Made by a program: the position numbers and the translations under genes. The notes below the pieces were generated by a model. The model was not told where the DNA came from, ran no database searches, and saw only the letters and a list, made by a program, of their open reading frames with translations. Positions 49,083 to 60,947 of a stretch of 64,000 bases of DNA are shown in pieces. Source of the stretch: Lophium mytilinum (lineage: Eukaryota). Every line of letters starts with the position of its first letter. Position 1 is the first letter of the stretch. Location of the stretch: positions 130,156-194,155 of the forward strand of contig MU004194.1 in NCBI GenBank assembly GCA_010093605.1, read 5' to 3'.

Positions 49083-49900
49083 CTTGAACAGCTGATAACT
49101 GGAGCTTAGAGAAATGTAAAGTGAAAGAAAGCAGTGAGGAAGACTGTAAGTCTGTCTCTAGGGTATCACAGAAAGAGGTTAGATGTAGTGGTGAGACGAA
49201 GTGATGAAGTGAAGTGGGTAACGTTATGTATTTACAAAAATCCTTAGCCTTCCGTCATAAGCAGGGCCCCACGGGACGGGCCAACTCTGCGGCCCACATG
49301 CTGCCCCTCCAAAAGCCACACGAATATCTCCCGCAACCCCTGGAGCCTAGTAATCGTCGAGCCAACGGTTGAAGCGCGATAGAGAAAACGTGGGTGAAAG
49401 CCGATAAGCCATGTGCGGTGACGTAGAACAGGTCCCTTAGTTCCCAACGGCTGGAAGCGAAAACGTGCGTTCCAAGTTTTGGGTATGCAAAACCAGGAAT
49501 ATCCACGGCAGGAATTCTGTATTCTTGGCGTGTTGTTGAAAGCGTGTGCTACGAGGGTACCGTCAACTTGGACTCGAAAGGCATGGGAGACAGTGCACGC
49601 AGATCATTGACTGGATGGGATTGGCAGAAAAGCCATAAAGTGCACGTTCCTCCACAGATCTTCAAGCTTGAAGCCGTACTGCACTCCTATAAAGTGGGTA
49701 GTATGAAGAGTATATCTAGTCCCTTGTTCCTTCACATCTTTCTGCATCTCAAGGCCTTAGAGTTCAATATGCTGGTGTTCATCCATTCGTAGAGCCTCAA
49801 CTGTGCTAATGTAAGGAGTAAAATACGGTTAGCGTGAAGCTTGGACAGCCTGCTCACAACAACCACATCAACCTCATCTCTTACCACCAACAGAGGAAAT

Positions 49901-50653
49901 ATGTCCTCTCCTGACAAAACACGCACTCTATCCCTCACCCCCACAGACCCTTCAAAACCCAGCTTTGCCGACCTCCCCGGAGAGCTCCGTAATGCGGTCT
50001 ACCACGCCATAACTGCCTCCATGCCCGTCCAGATCACTTTCATCGACGGCCATGTGCACCGTATTCCACTGACAGGAATCCACCCCCTAATAGATCGCGA
50101 GCTTGGATCCATGTTTTTTTCGACCCCCAGAATCTTCCGATTCTGCTACGCCAATCCCCGTCACAGCCACGGCATCCCAGCCGCAGCCAAGTTCCTCAAA
50201 AGCTGGGCATGTCGCCTGATGCTACGGACAAAGTGCCCCCGGATTCTAGTATCTCTCGAACTACCTTGGCCAAATGACATTGGCTACAACAGTCTCGTGG
50301 CAAAGCGGGCACAGTCGCATATCAAATGGGGCATAGAGCAGTATATCAATGAGGAGCATGTCCGATTGCGGGAAGGGGGCGAGGAGCGTGCGTGTCCGAT
50401 TGCGAAGTGGAGGAGGAGGAAGCCCGTGTTTAAGAAGGTGCCCAAGAGCTTGTCAACGGTGTTCTGGAACTGTGGGGGCGAGGCGCTCTGTGAGGCGCTT
50501 TGGGCGGCGTTGCCGGAGTGGTCGGAGGAGCAGACTTTACATCTTGCGGTGGGGTTTAAGAGCTTTGAGCGGGAAGAGCTTGTGTTTACTGTGCAGCAAA
50601 CGAGCATTCTTCGCCCTGGCTGCGGGTGGACACCACCATCCTGGGCTCAATAG
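49901..50653 (+). CDS. Hypothetical protein with N-terminal F-box-like motif
   Basis: ATG at 49901. PSFADLPGELRNAVY resembles the fungal F-box-like 'FLDLPxELRNxIY' motif; 250-codon ORF. Confidence 0.65.
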   Translation: MSSPDKTRTLSLTPTDPSKPSFADLPGELRNAVYHAITASMPVQITFIDGHVHRIPLTGIHPLIDRELGSMFFSTPRIFRFCYANPRHSHGIPAAAKFLKSWACRLMLRTKCPRILVSLELPWPNDIGYNSLVAKRAQSHIKWGIEQYINEEHVRLREGGEERACPIAKWRRRKPVFKKVPKSLSTVFWNCGGEALCEALWAALPEWSEEQTLHLAVGFKSFEREELVFTVQQTSILRPGCGWTPPSWAQ

Positions 50654-50737
50654 CAGACGTAGGTTGAGGCTATACATGCATCATGCAGGTATCATTAGAT
50701 ATATTATCTGATAGCTATACTCCACCTCGCCAAGCTC

Positions 50738-50990
50738 CAGCCAGAGACCAAATTTATTTCCACGAACTCTCTTTTATTGATGTTGTTTCCGTCATCTGCC
50801 ATTACTTCCGCTCAGGCCTGGTAGTCAAACTGTAGCCAGAGACTATGCCTACGTCCACAGGTTCTCTCTTTATTGATATCGTTTCCAATATCTGCCATTA
50901 CTTCCCCATATTCAGCTCGTCACAATGCACCGCTGAAGCCACCCAAGACCTCTTCATCGATATCATTTCCATCACTTGCCATTACTACCC
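50738..50990 (+). repeat. Three degenerate ~90-95 bp direct repeats between convergent genes
   Basis: Core CTCTT(T)TATTGAT-x-TTTCC-x-TCTGCCATTACTTCC recurs at ~50768, ~50864 and ~50950, each preceded by AGCCA. Confidence 0.75.
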
Positions 50991-51000
50991 TTCGAATCAT

Positions 51001-52554
51001 CTAAATTCTTGACACCAACACCCACCCTGTGCTAGAAATCCTTGCCGCAATCAACACCAACCCGCTCACTACAAGGGCCGAGGCGCTCCACATCTGCGCG
51101 TACAAATAGCTACCCCCATGCGCCTGAATCAAAGCTCCAGCCAGCGGTGGCCCCGTCAACGACGCAACCCCCACAAAGCTAAAACACATCCCCATCCTCG
51201 CGCCAGCCTTCGACATATCCTTCGTCAACGAGCTCAGCGCGCCTGGGAAGAGGCCCTGGAAGCCCGCAATGAGAAGACCGTAGAGGGAGGCGAACACGTA
51301 CAGCGCGGCCTCAGTGCGGACTGCTGCCCAACAGTAGATGAGAATGGCGCCGATAAATGGGAAAGGGATGATCGTATTCAGTGGGCCGAAGTTGCGATCC
51401 GCGAAGTAGGCTGGAATGACGCGGCCGAAGAGGCCGAGGCCGTTCATTAGAAGGAGCATGTTGACGGAGGTGGAGTACGATACGCCTATTACGTCGATGC
51501 CGTACGAGCCAACCTAGCATGAAGTCAGCGTCACATTTCTCCAGTTGAACGCAGCATGGATGATACACGTGATCAAGAAGTCGCTTACATAGTAAAAAAC
51601 GTAGAACTGGCCCCATATACCCAAGAACATCGCAACACAATACAGGGAGTACGTCGACTCGCGAAACGCAGAGAAGTCGATCAGCGGACCGCTCTTCTGT
51701 GGCGGTAATCGCGGTCTCAGCAACGCCGTCGTGAGACACCCGATGGCCACCATAATGAGCCCCATGACTCTAAGCACCCAGGCAAAGCCAATCTTTGGAA
51801 GCAGTTGCCGCACTATGGTCGGATATATCATGCCTCCAGTCGCAGACCCGGACACCACAACCGCCACAGCCAAGATGCGATTTTTCTGGAAGTAGGTCGT
51901 GACGAGCGACACGGCCGGGCAGAACTGCATCCCGCACCCGATACCCGTGACAACGCCTTGAGCAAGGAAAAGCTGCCAGTACTGCGTGCATAGGGAGGTC
52001 ATGAAGACGCCGAACAATTCGATGAGCAGGCCGCCTATGAAGACGTGGTAGAAGTACCCAGCGTCCAGCGCGCGTCCTGAGACGGCACCTACGAAGAAGT
52101 GGCCCAGGGTTTGAACGCTGCCAATCCACGATACGGCTGATGGTGCTAGGCCTAACTCTGAGGTGTAGTAGGCCTGGAACACGCCAAACGAAGTGATTAC
52201 CCCCCAGGTGTTGAAAACTACCAGGTGGCCCATGCATGCTTGCGTCCACGCTTTCAGTCCGCCGTCGGGGGGAGGCCCGGGGTCTTTCATGGACGCATTT
52301 GAGCGCGTGGTTAGGATCTTGCTGATCACACCAGCTGTGGTCTCGTTTTTCAATATGGTAGTGTGGCGACTCTGTGTTCGTACAGCTTGGATCTCCTCAT
52401 CGTCGGGGTCGGAGACATATTCTTCCTCATCGCCGCTTCGATGGCTTCCAGCTACAGATAGTGAAGCTTCGTATTTCTTCTTCTCCGAAATCGGACCAGC
52501 TACGTATGTAGAGCTTTCGTACTTCTTGTCGGGAATGGGGAGAGGGATGGACAT
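51001..52554 (-). CDS. MFS monocarboxylate porter family transporter (Mch-like)
   Basis: PPPDGGLKAW, NTWGVITSFGVFQAYY, SWIGSVQ, YWQLFLAQGV and LTGPPLAGAL; one intron ~51587-51514. Confidence 0.93.
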
Positions 52555-53363
52555 TGCGAGGAAATACTGTGGGAATGTTTATTGGGGGCCATTGACATTT
52601 GCAGACAGATCAGAGTAGGCTGTGTGATAATTGACGAATTCGAAGGACGGGAAAACGACAAGTCAAGGTCCATAGGTTAATGCATGTGTGAAGGAAGGAT
52701 CTCAAAATTTGACCGTGCGGGTGTCGTGAGAAGTACCTCTACGCCGATAGTGGGGGAGCGAAGCTTCGGAGTCATCCGTTATCCTTAGAGCGCTGCGTTA
52801 GCTCGCAGCATATAACATTAGCGGTGGGGTTGCGGCTTGTTGAGAGTCTTCTTATGGGTTGTTGAAGCCAGCATAGCCGTGCTACCCGTTCGGGGAGAAG
52901 GCCGCGATCGGAGTATTCAGTCCGTTAGAAAAGAGTAGCCCAACAACCCTCAATATTGGTCTGGTATACGTGAGCATCTGCACCCCTCCATACCTAAACA
53001 TGCGTGATAGTACAACGGTAATTGCCTGTTGTTTCTTCAAAAAAGCATTGAGGGCTCAGGCTCTAGAGTCTTACAATAAACAAAATGCGCCTCTTAAGGG
53101 TGAATACGATAGGACTCTAGTGCTATTAGCACTGTGTTTGGGAATGTGAATCTATTTGTGAAAACGAAGATATGGTCTTAGAGCTCATGGGGAACATGCT
53201 TGTACAGTAAAATTCTGAGATATCGGACCATAAGTTCTTTGGTCAGCGGCGTCCGCTTGTTCATCCAAACTCTCTGCCTCTTCTTCCACAATGCTGGCTA
53301 TATTGGACGACTTTGACTGTCTATCAGTGACTAAAGACAGCTTTCCTAAGGTTCTCAGTCCAC

Positions 53364-54651
53364 TCAGTCCACCATGATATATAGCATGGCTATTCCCATG
53401 ACTGGCGAGATCGTGCCATCCATCTCCTTCATCGCCAGATGCTCTTTGGTATCATAGTGCGCTACCAAGCTCACTGCCTCTCCAGGCTCCAGCGTACCCG
53501 CACTCAGGCAAGTCACCATGGAGGACACGTGCGGCATCCCCTTGGTAGCCTTATTGCCGTCGAGGTATCCTGCTGTCTCGCCGTAGCTAGCTGTGGAGTT
53601 GCAGACAAGATTGCCATTCTTGAGAATGTCGACATGCGTGCCACCATCGTGAAGATGCCCGCCCGTAAATACGATTGTTCCCGCGACGTTACCTACAAGT
53701 GGCTCTGATGCATACTCAAAGAGAGCATTCTCGTAGCCAGGCATGTCGGAGCTTTTGTAGCAGCCCCCCACATCGAGCCACAGCATGGTAGTCTTCTTGA
53801 AACCAGCGGGTACTCCTGGTACGTACTCAAACGTGATAGATAGAATAGCTTCTCGGGCTTCTGAGGCGCCATTCATGAGCTCGACGAGAGTACTGAACTC
53901 GGTGGTTGGTGATACGTAAAGACCCGTTTTATGTGCCCTACAAAATATCAACGCAGTGTTCTTGAAAACGTTTCAAAGTCTTGACTAGAGAGTGACCTAC
54001 CCATTGTCAGTGAGATCAACCGGCGTACGCTCATTTCCGGACGCGAAAATACGTGACACATTACTCTTTGGACACGCCGGGTCAGGCTGGGTAGTGTCAA
54101 AAAGAACAGTATGGTGGAGCCACATGTCTGTGTCCGAATTCGCATAAGAACCGTCTGAATATTTAAGCCCGGCCTGTAGTATTTAGCATCGGGCTTTGGA
54201 GGCGAATGAGGGAAAATTTCCACCAATACCTGGATGAAGGTAATCAAGCAATCGGTACATGGCTTCTCAACATTGTCGAGAAACCATTTCTTCATTCCGC
54301 CACCTTCCGAGCTCGCTGGGACAAGGAACGGTCCCCATTTGATCGTTGTGCTCTGTGAACCATGCTCGCCAAACTGTTTGCCAAGTTCCGAGCTTTTGGG
54401 AGTTTCTGATGAATGACCGGTTAGTCAAGCAACTTATGGAGATCTCTCCTCACATGGCTGATGTGTGGATTTCGCCTTTTTCGTTCTAGTACGGGTACGT
54501 CTTGTTGCTTACCTTTCCCGGCTAGTAGTACAGTAAAGACGAAGAACGTAGATAGTAGCGATAGAATAGCTGAGAGAATGAAAAGGAAAAGTCCCAAGTA
54601 AGACTTGGCGTGCGATGTGAAGTCCTGATATTGCCGCTTCGGGGACGTCAT
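53364..54651 (-). CDS. Uncharacterised type II membrane/secreted protein with PHM-like (copper monooxygenase) ligand pattern
   Basis: Four exons (introns 54512-54406, 54229-54174 and 54000-53938, all GT-AG and in frame) give ~350 aa. N-terminal TM, then KPCTDC, WLHH, FASGNER, GGHLHDGG and VMGIA. Confidence 0.8.
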
Positions 54652-54997
54652 CACGCCTTGAACACTTCGCTTTAAGCAAACATGCGCTCAACCAGAGTAG
54701 CGCTTGGCATAAGATCGAGAAAAACACATGATAGAGAGGAAGACTAACAATTCGGAAATCGCAATCTACAAAGGTAGCAACGTAAGCCTGACTAGTGCTG
54801 GACGGTTTAGCAGTGCATACCTGTCAGGGGCTGATGCGGGGAGAATGTTAGGCTGATCGCCAACAGCTACCTAGGCGCGCCATCTGTGCTTACTCGTGTT
54901 TTGCGTACTTGTCCGCCTCCATTGCCGCGGCAAACATGCTGTCAACAGTACATGTAGTAGCTTTGTCTACTAACGCTCCGACCTCCACTATGCCACC
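54652..54997. promoter_or_regulatory. Shared divergent promoter region of the PHM-like gene and the acyl-CoA dehydrogenase
   Basis: 346 bp between divergent ATGs; contains a GCGGGG (SYGGRG, CreA-type) hexamer near 54836. Confidence 0.5.
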
Positions 54998-56384
54998 ATG
55001 ACCTCCCCGAAGATTGAAGCCCGATTGTCTACGTCCAAGCCAGTGAAGAAAGAGACGTTTGGGAACCTAGCACCATGGAGCGAGCCCGCCTGGTATAGCT
55101 CCCTCGCATCGCCGTACTATAATGAGAGCCACAAACACCTACGCGACGCAATACGCTCCTATTACGACGAGCATGTTCTTCCCTACTCACTGGACTGGGA
55201 GGAGAAGGGCGAGGCACCTCTCGAGGCCAGACTGAAGTATGCCAGCTCCGGCTTCACATTTGCGGATGTACCAGCGAAGTATCGACCTGCCGACATACCG
55301 GGCCCGGCTGGAATACCTGTGGCACAGTTAGACATCTTTCACTTGATGATTATGACAGACGAGGGTGCGAGGGTTGAAGGTGGAGTTGGGACTGCGTTAG
55401 CTGGTGCTTCCGTGATAGGAACGCCCCCAATAATATACCATGGTACCGAGGAACAGAAGCAGAAGTGGCTACCCGGCCTCTTCACGTTCGAAACGAGCTT
55501 CTCTCTGGGAATCACAGAACCGTCGGGCGGCTCTGATGTTGCGAACATCCAAACCACAGCTGAGAAGACGGCAGATGGGAAGTTCTACGTAGTGAACGGA
55601 TACAAGAAGTGGATCACGGGTACACCCTGGGCAACGCATATGACAACAGCGGTGCGTACTGGCGGCGCTGGCATGAAGGGTATCTCAGTGATCGTAATCC
55701 CGGTCAACGCAAAAGGCTTCTCCTGGAAAAGGATACCAAATTCGGGCCAGAAGGCTGGCGGGGCTTCATTTGTGGAGCTGGACGACTGTCTGGTTCCAGT
55801 CGAAAACCTGATCGGCAAGGAAAATGAAGGGTTCCGCATTATCATGACGAACTTCAACAAGGAACGATTTATCATGTCTGTTGCATGTAATCGCAAGGCC
55901 CGTACTTGTCTATCAACGTCCTTGTCATATGCTCACAGTCGCCATACATTTGGGAAGCTATTGATCTCGAATCAAATCATCAGTTCAAAGATCGCGACCC
56001 TTGCACGTTACGTGGAAAGCCATTGGGCGTGGCTTGAACAGATCGCCTATCACATTCAGCAATCACCACTGGGCTGGCAAGACCCTGAAATCGCTGGACA
56101 GATTGCTCTTTCCAAGGTGCATGGAGGTCGTATCCTGGAGATGGCGAACAGAGAAGCTCAGCAGGTTCTCGGGGGCGCGGGATATCAAAAGGGAGGTCCA
56201 GGAGCATCTATCGAACAGATGAGCCGAGATCTGAGAATGATGGTAAGACACTTTTCACTCTCGACGTCACTGACAACACGCTAAATGTGTACAGGTTGTT
56301 GGAGGCGGTAGCGAAGAGATCATTGCCGATCTAGCTGTCAGACAGGAAACCGCTCTCGCGAAGAAACGGGGTTGGAAACTGTAG
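54998..56384 (+). CDS. Acyl-CoA dehydrogenase
   Basis: GITEPSGGSDVA, VNGYKKWITG, IMTNFNKER, AQQVLGGAGY, and a last exon VVGGGSEEI...GWKL* after intron ~56243-56294. Confidence 0.95.
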
Positions 56385-57242
56385 TGATTCTAAACCACTA
56401 TCTTTCGTAGCTTTCCACGTTGTCTTCGTCGTGTTGCGGGCTTTTCATACTTAGTGTAATGAGTAGACACTTCAATCATTCGCTGGTGCAGACAATATTC
56501 AAGAGAGCTATTCTTGGACACTTCTGCTCGACTCGCGATGGCTGGTCGCTGGCAAGCATATCCCTAACCAACCAATAAAGAAGCTCCAACAGGACACCTC
56601 GAGATTGTGGCACGAAACGCCACGACCGAAATTGCATACCATTTGAGGCTGCGCATGCAGATGATGGGAATCTCACCACTCACATTCGTTACCCGAGCCA
56701 GGATGAGACGGCATGCCGACCACCATGCAGCTCTGTCAACGGTAGTCTCGTATCAAGCCGCCGTTCCCGACTTCGGCAGGGAGGGATGAACTCTCGAAGC
56801 TGCTCCCGTCCTTACTGTTCAATGCCTAGAGAACGACAGTAGACCGCCAAATAAGAAGCAGCGGTGACGAGATCAACTACAACGGCCGCTTCAAGCCTCG
56901 TTTTCCTTATTTCAGAGCTTTAACGTCTCAAGCCCTTTTCAGACATGTAAACCTCGACTCTTGGTGAATACGAGGTACGAAGCACCACACCCCGCTTAGT
57001 CGATGGGCCAGCCTTACAAGCCTTGCTTCATATTTGCGCCATGCGCCGAGATAAATGCTCCGCGTTTTCCTCTCATGTTTTTCCCCCAAGGCGGATTCGC
57101 GCTGGTCACTTTCATCTATAGCCTGGTCATTTGCCGCTCCTTATCATTTCTCAGTCTTCCTTTTTGCAACACATTTCACATACTAAAGTAACTACATTCA
57201 AACTCCTACTGCACGCGACTCGACGCGACCCTTCCCTCTACC

Positions 57243-58321
57243 ATGGCCACCAAAACCACAGCAGACCCTCGAACCAGCAAACTCGGCGCCCTAACCACCC
57301 AATGGACCGCACCCGCCAGCTGCTCCACCGAATGGCTCGCCTCTGTTGCCGGGCTAGGAACCGACACCACCGTTGACGCCTGGTTCCGGCCCTCGATGCG
57401 CTGCGGAGCCTCTACAGCGGAGCTGGACCCCTCCTGCTTCCCTTCGCCTTACGGCGCGAGCGTTACCCAAATGCTCTCGCGCTTTGCCACGCCCTTCTTC
57501 TCGCCGGGCCTTAGCTGCCCCTACGGCTGGAAATCCGACGGCCTGACGTTCGGCACCGGACTACCAACAAGTCTAGCATACACCCTCAACCTCGAAGCCG
57601 ATGAGACGGCAGCGATGTGCTGTCCAACGTACGCGCCACCCCCACCCTCCCCCCCTCCTTTCCACCCTACAACCCGCACTCACAAAGCAAGCTGCAAAGG
57701 GGCTGGCAATACGGCGACGGCATCATTGGCTGCACATCCGCGCCCCTCACCGGCACGCCCACAGCCCTCGCCTGCCTCGCCGGCACCACCTCCACCGTAA
57801 CCGTCTCCTACCCAGCCCCGCGCGGCTTCGCCTCCGGCTCCTTCTCCGCCGCAGGCACCACCTACAGTGTCTGGACCTGGGCGCACATGGACCCCATCCA
57901 GCTAGTCTGGAAAACCGCCGACCTTTCCCTTCTTCACCCCGTTAGCACCACACCCACTCCCCCCTCTGCTTCAGCAACACCACCCCATATCCCTTCGCCC
58001 TCACACTCTCAACCTCCCCAGAACCACTCAAGCACCCTCCCCACCCCCGCCAAACTCGCCCTCGCTATCGCCCTGCCCCTCGCCTGGTGCGCCCTCTTCC
58101 TCCTCCTCGCCCTCCTCCTCCTCCGGCGCTATCGGGTGCTCAGATCCCGCGCCGCCGCCGCCTCCCAGCCTCAACCGGAGCTCGAGTCCGCCGTCATCGC
58201 GCAGGGCTCCGCATATATGGGCCCGCCGCACCCACTCCCACACTGGCCGGTCGCGGAGCTGCAGCAGCCAGTGCCGGAGCTGGAGGGGCGGAGGGGGTGG
58301 GGCGGAGATGGTGGCGGCTGA
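57243..58321 (+). CDS. Single-pass membrane protein of a conserved fungal family (LTTxWTAPxSC / FSPGxxCPxGW / CCP ectodomain)
   Basis: Two exons joined by intron 57629-57699. Cys-patterned N-terminus, S/T/P stalk, TM AKLALAIALPLAWCALFLLLALLLL, then RRYR and ELE repeats. Confidence 0.78.
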
Positions 58322-60947
58322 GCGGGCGGGTAGGGGACGGAGAATGTTGCTAGAAAACCTAAAATCGAGCAAGCCGAAACATCCGAATAGTACCTAGAAC
58401 AAGAGAACACGTGGAATTGTTCCAAATATTTAGCGTATGCTTTGGGCCTTGAGAGTCTGATGCTGGGATAGTTTCATGGATCACGTGATCTATATGTTAC
58501 CGTCCTGCCGTCTGTACAGTGCTTCGTCAAAAAATCTATGCTTAGTTGCTTACTACTGTTGAAGCTGATTCGTTGTGTTAGAAGATATAAAGTCCCTAGA
58601 AGCTTAAATAGGAGCAGTCCTTCCCGCCGAGAGTCGGCCTAATTACCATGGTTCTTATTCTTTACCACAGCTCTACTCCTCCAGACTCCGCGATGCGTCG
58701 TCAGCAGCTGTGTGGTACCGCGGTAGATTGGAGGTTCTCGGCTCCTGATGACTCACCCCTCCTCAGCACTATATGAACCCGCCCTCCCCCCGTCCCTCTT
58801 CTCTTCTTCGCCTTCGGGCATTCCCTCCTTCCACTTCCTAAAATCAAGATCTTATCGCATGTATCGCCATATACTTTGTATATGCAGAGCACAAACCCGG
58901 CTCTTGTAGACTATGCTATCTAGACCCTTCCCCCGCCATGTATTACCCACTTTTGTCACTCCTTGGGGGCAGCGGTTCAAACCCGACAGATACTTAGTAG
59001 GAGACGATGCGCAGATGGATAAGAGTCTTGTGGATTTGGCTTGGCTTACATAGGAGGTTTTTGACCCGAGAAGGGTTTTCCTCGCAATCATATACTTTTC
59101 TGATCTACGTATGACTTCTTTGCAGTGATAATTATGATGTGTTTTGATATTTGTGGTGAGTACAGGTGGCCACTTTTCGTGGTGCTTCAGCACCTCGCCA
59201 TCGTCTAGGACGAGATAAAGATTGAAAAAAATTCATGCACGACCTTGTACTTTCACGCCTTTCAGAACACCAAGTCTTCTCAAGATAGTCAGCGAAAGAG
59301 GCTTATTCCTAGTTTCTAAGTCTTGCTTCCAATTCTAACCATGAAAGACTGGAGCCTCATAGAGATGGTTCTTCGTCCTCCTGCCGGTCGCTCGATAGCT
59401 AGTCCCTTATTTATCTCAAGCAAAGCAGCTGGCCGAAGGAGCCCTTCGTATCTCTCCGCGTCTCACAATTCACGAAGTCAGTCTGACACGGTTCGGTCTT
59501 TATGTTATAGTAACTACACCACGTAGGCTTATCAAGGATACATATTTGGAACCTTTCCTTACCCTCTTGTCGCCTCGCCACTGTAACCTCCATCACCACC
59601 TCGTCCGTTCGGACGCTTTAGCCCAGCATACATCAATTTAGTAGCTATCCATCATCCCTTCTCAATTTCCACTCCTGTTTCCGTCCTAGCTTCCTCCGGC
59701 AACAGTTCGTTAGGCTTGTAGTTCGATTCAGGGTCGTCGAGCTAGATGGTCAGAATAAGCAGAAGAGATAGTGTTCCCAGAACTAGCTATGGAATGTCGG
59801 GTGTTTCATCAAGTTTAGCAGAAAACTCAGGTACTGAATAGAGATACGGACATCTGTGCTAACCTCCAAATCCGCGAGAGATTCAAAAGTCGATCGAAAG
59901 GATCTCTTTCTCGTTGTTGAATAGACTTGAAGGTGGTAGCTACTGCATGACTGCTTAGTTGTGTCTCGCAATGAAGGAACGGTTAAATCAAGCCAACACA
60001 ATCTGTAGCGCGATGCTATCAGAACGGCATTGAATTTGTTCGCATGGTCTGCATGCCGCCCGGTGGTAGCGGCGAAGATAGATAAACAATCCCCTAGAGC
60101 ATACTGACGTTAAAGCACGCGCTCTGGTCTGCATGCGGCTAGGTGGTACTGCAACCACTTGCGAGATACAACCATGTCTGGGTGCGCTTTTACAGATTTG
60201 GCCAATGAATATAAAAAGGAGGTAGAAGTTTCCGCTGGTCAACGTTTGCTAAGTGCTGTTCATTGTACATGGTTTAGCCTTGAATGCTCGAGCCGGTTTC
60301 CGGCTGTTCGTCTTCTTTAGGACTACTCTTGCGGCACTCTTTCTGAACTCGAGAAGCATCTTCTTCTCACTCCTTTCTAAATCTTCCCTCAATTTCCCTG
60401 CTCTCGAGATCTCTTTGCGTCCAATATCAGTTGTCCTACTTCATTGTAAGCATCTGGGAATTTTCGGGTTCTAGTAGCGTTTGGGGCTTGATCGCATTAG
60501 TGCGGAGGAAATTTCCAAACTTCATTTGCTAGTGTAGATGCTGCTTCTTGTCGGTGAGTGTTACCCGGGGCTTAAGTTAGGTGGTTTGGCTGGTAGGCCA
60601 TGTTCTAGAATACGTACGCACATTACACAGCGTTACCTGCATTCGGTCAATCACTTTGCATAGCCGAAGACTGGATCGGCATCCGGGCCAATAAGGAAAG
60701 CAAGTTTCCAAGCGTGCTTACTGCTTACTTTGACAAGCGCCAAGCGCCCTGGAAAGAAGTAGGGCGTAAGGCGTACCTTACCTTAAAAGTTGGGGCTTAC
60801 CCTGACTAGTCAGAAAGCGGAGTATCTGTAAGTGACCTTGACCCCGCTGAGATAGCTATAAGCGTCTCCTCCCCCAGTTCTGTTGTAGGAGACGCTACTT
60901 GTTTTGTGATACCCATCTAATCAACAATCTTCGCCTATAGCGTTAAC

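Noticed and set aside
50738..50990. CRISPR-like repeat-spacer array
   Set aside because: Only three diverged copies with partly homologous spacers, in a eukaryotic context with no cas genes.
58600..60500. Decayed gene or transposon (RAACRPCEQIQC Zn-like patch, charged stretch)
   Set aside because: Cys spacing does not fit Zn2Cys6, and there are no transposase/RT motifs or terminal repeats.
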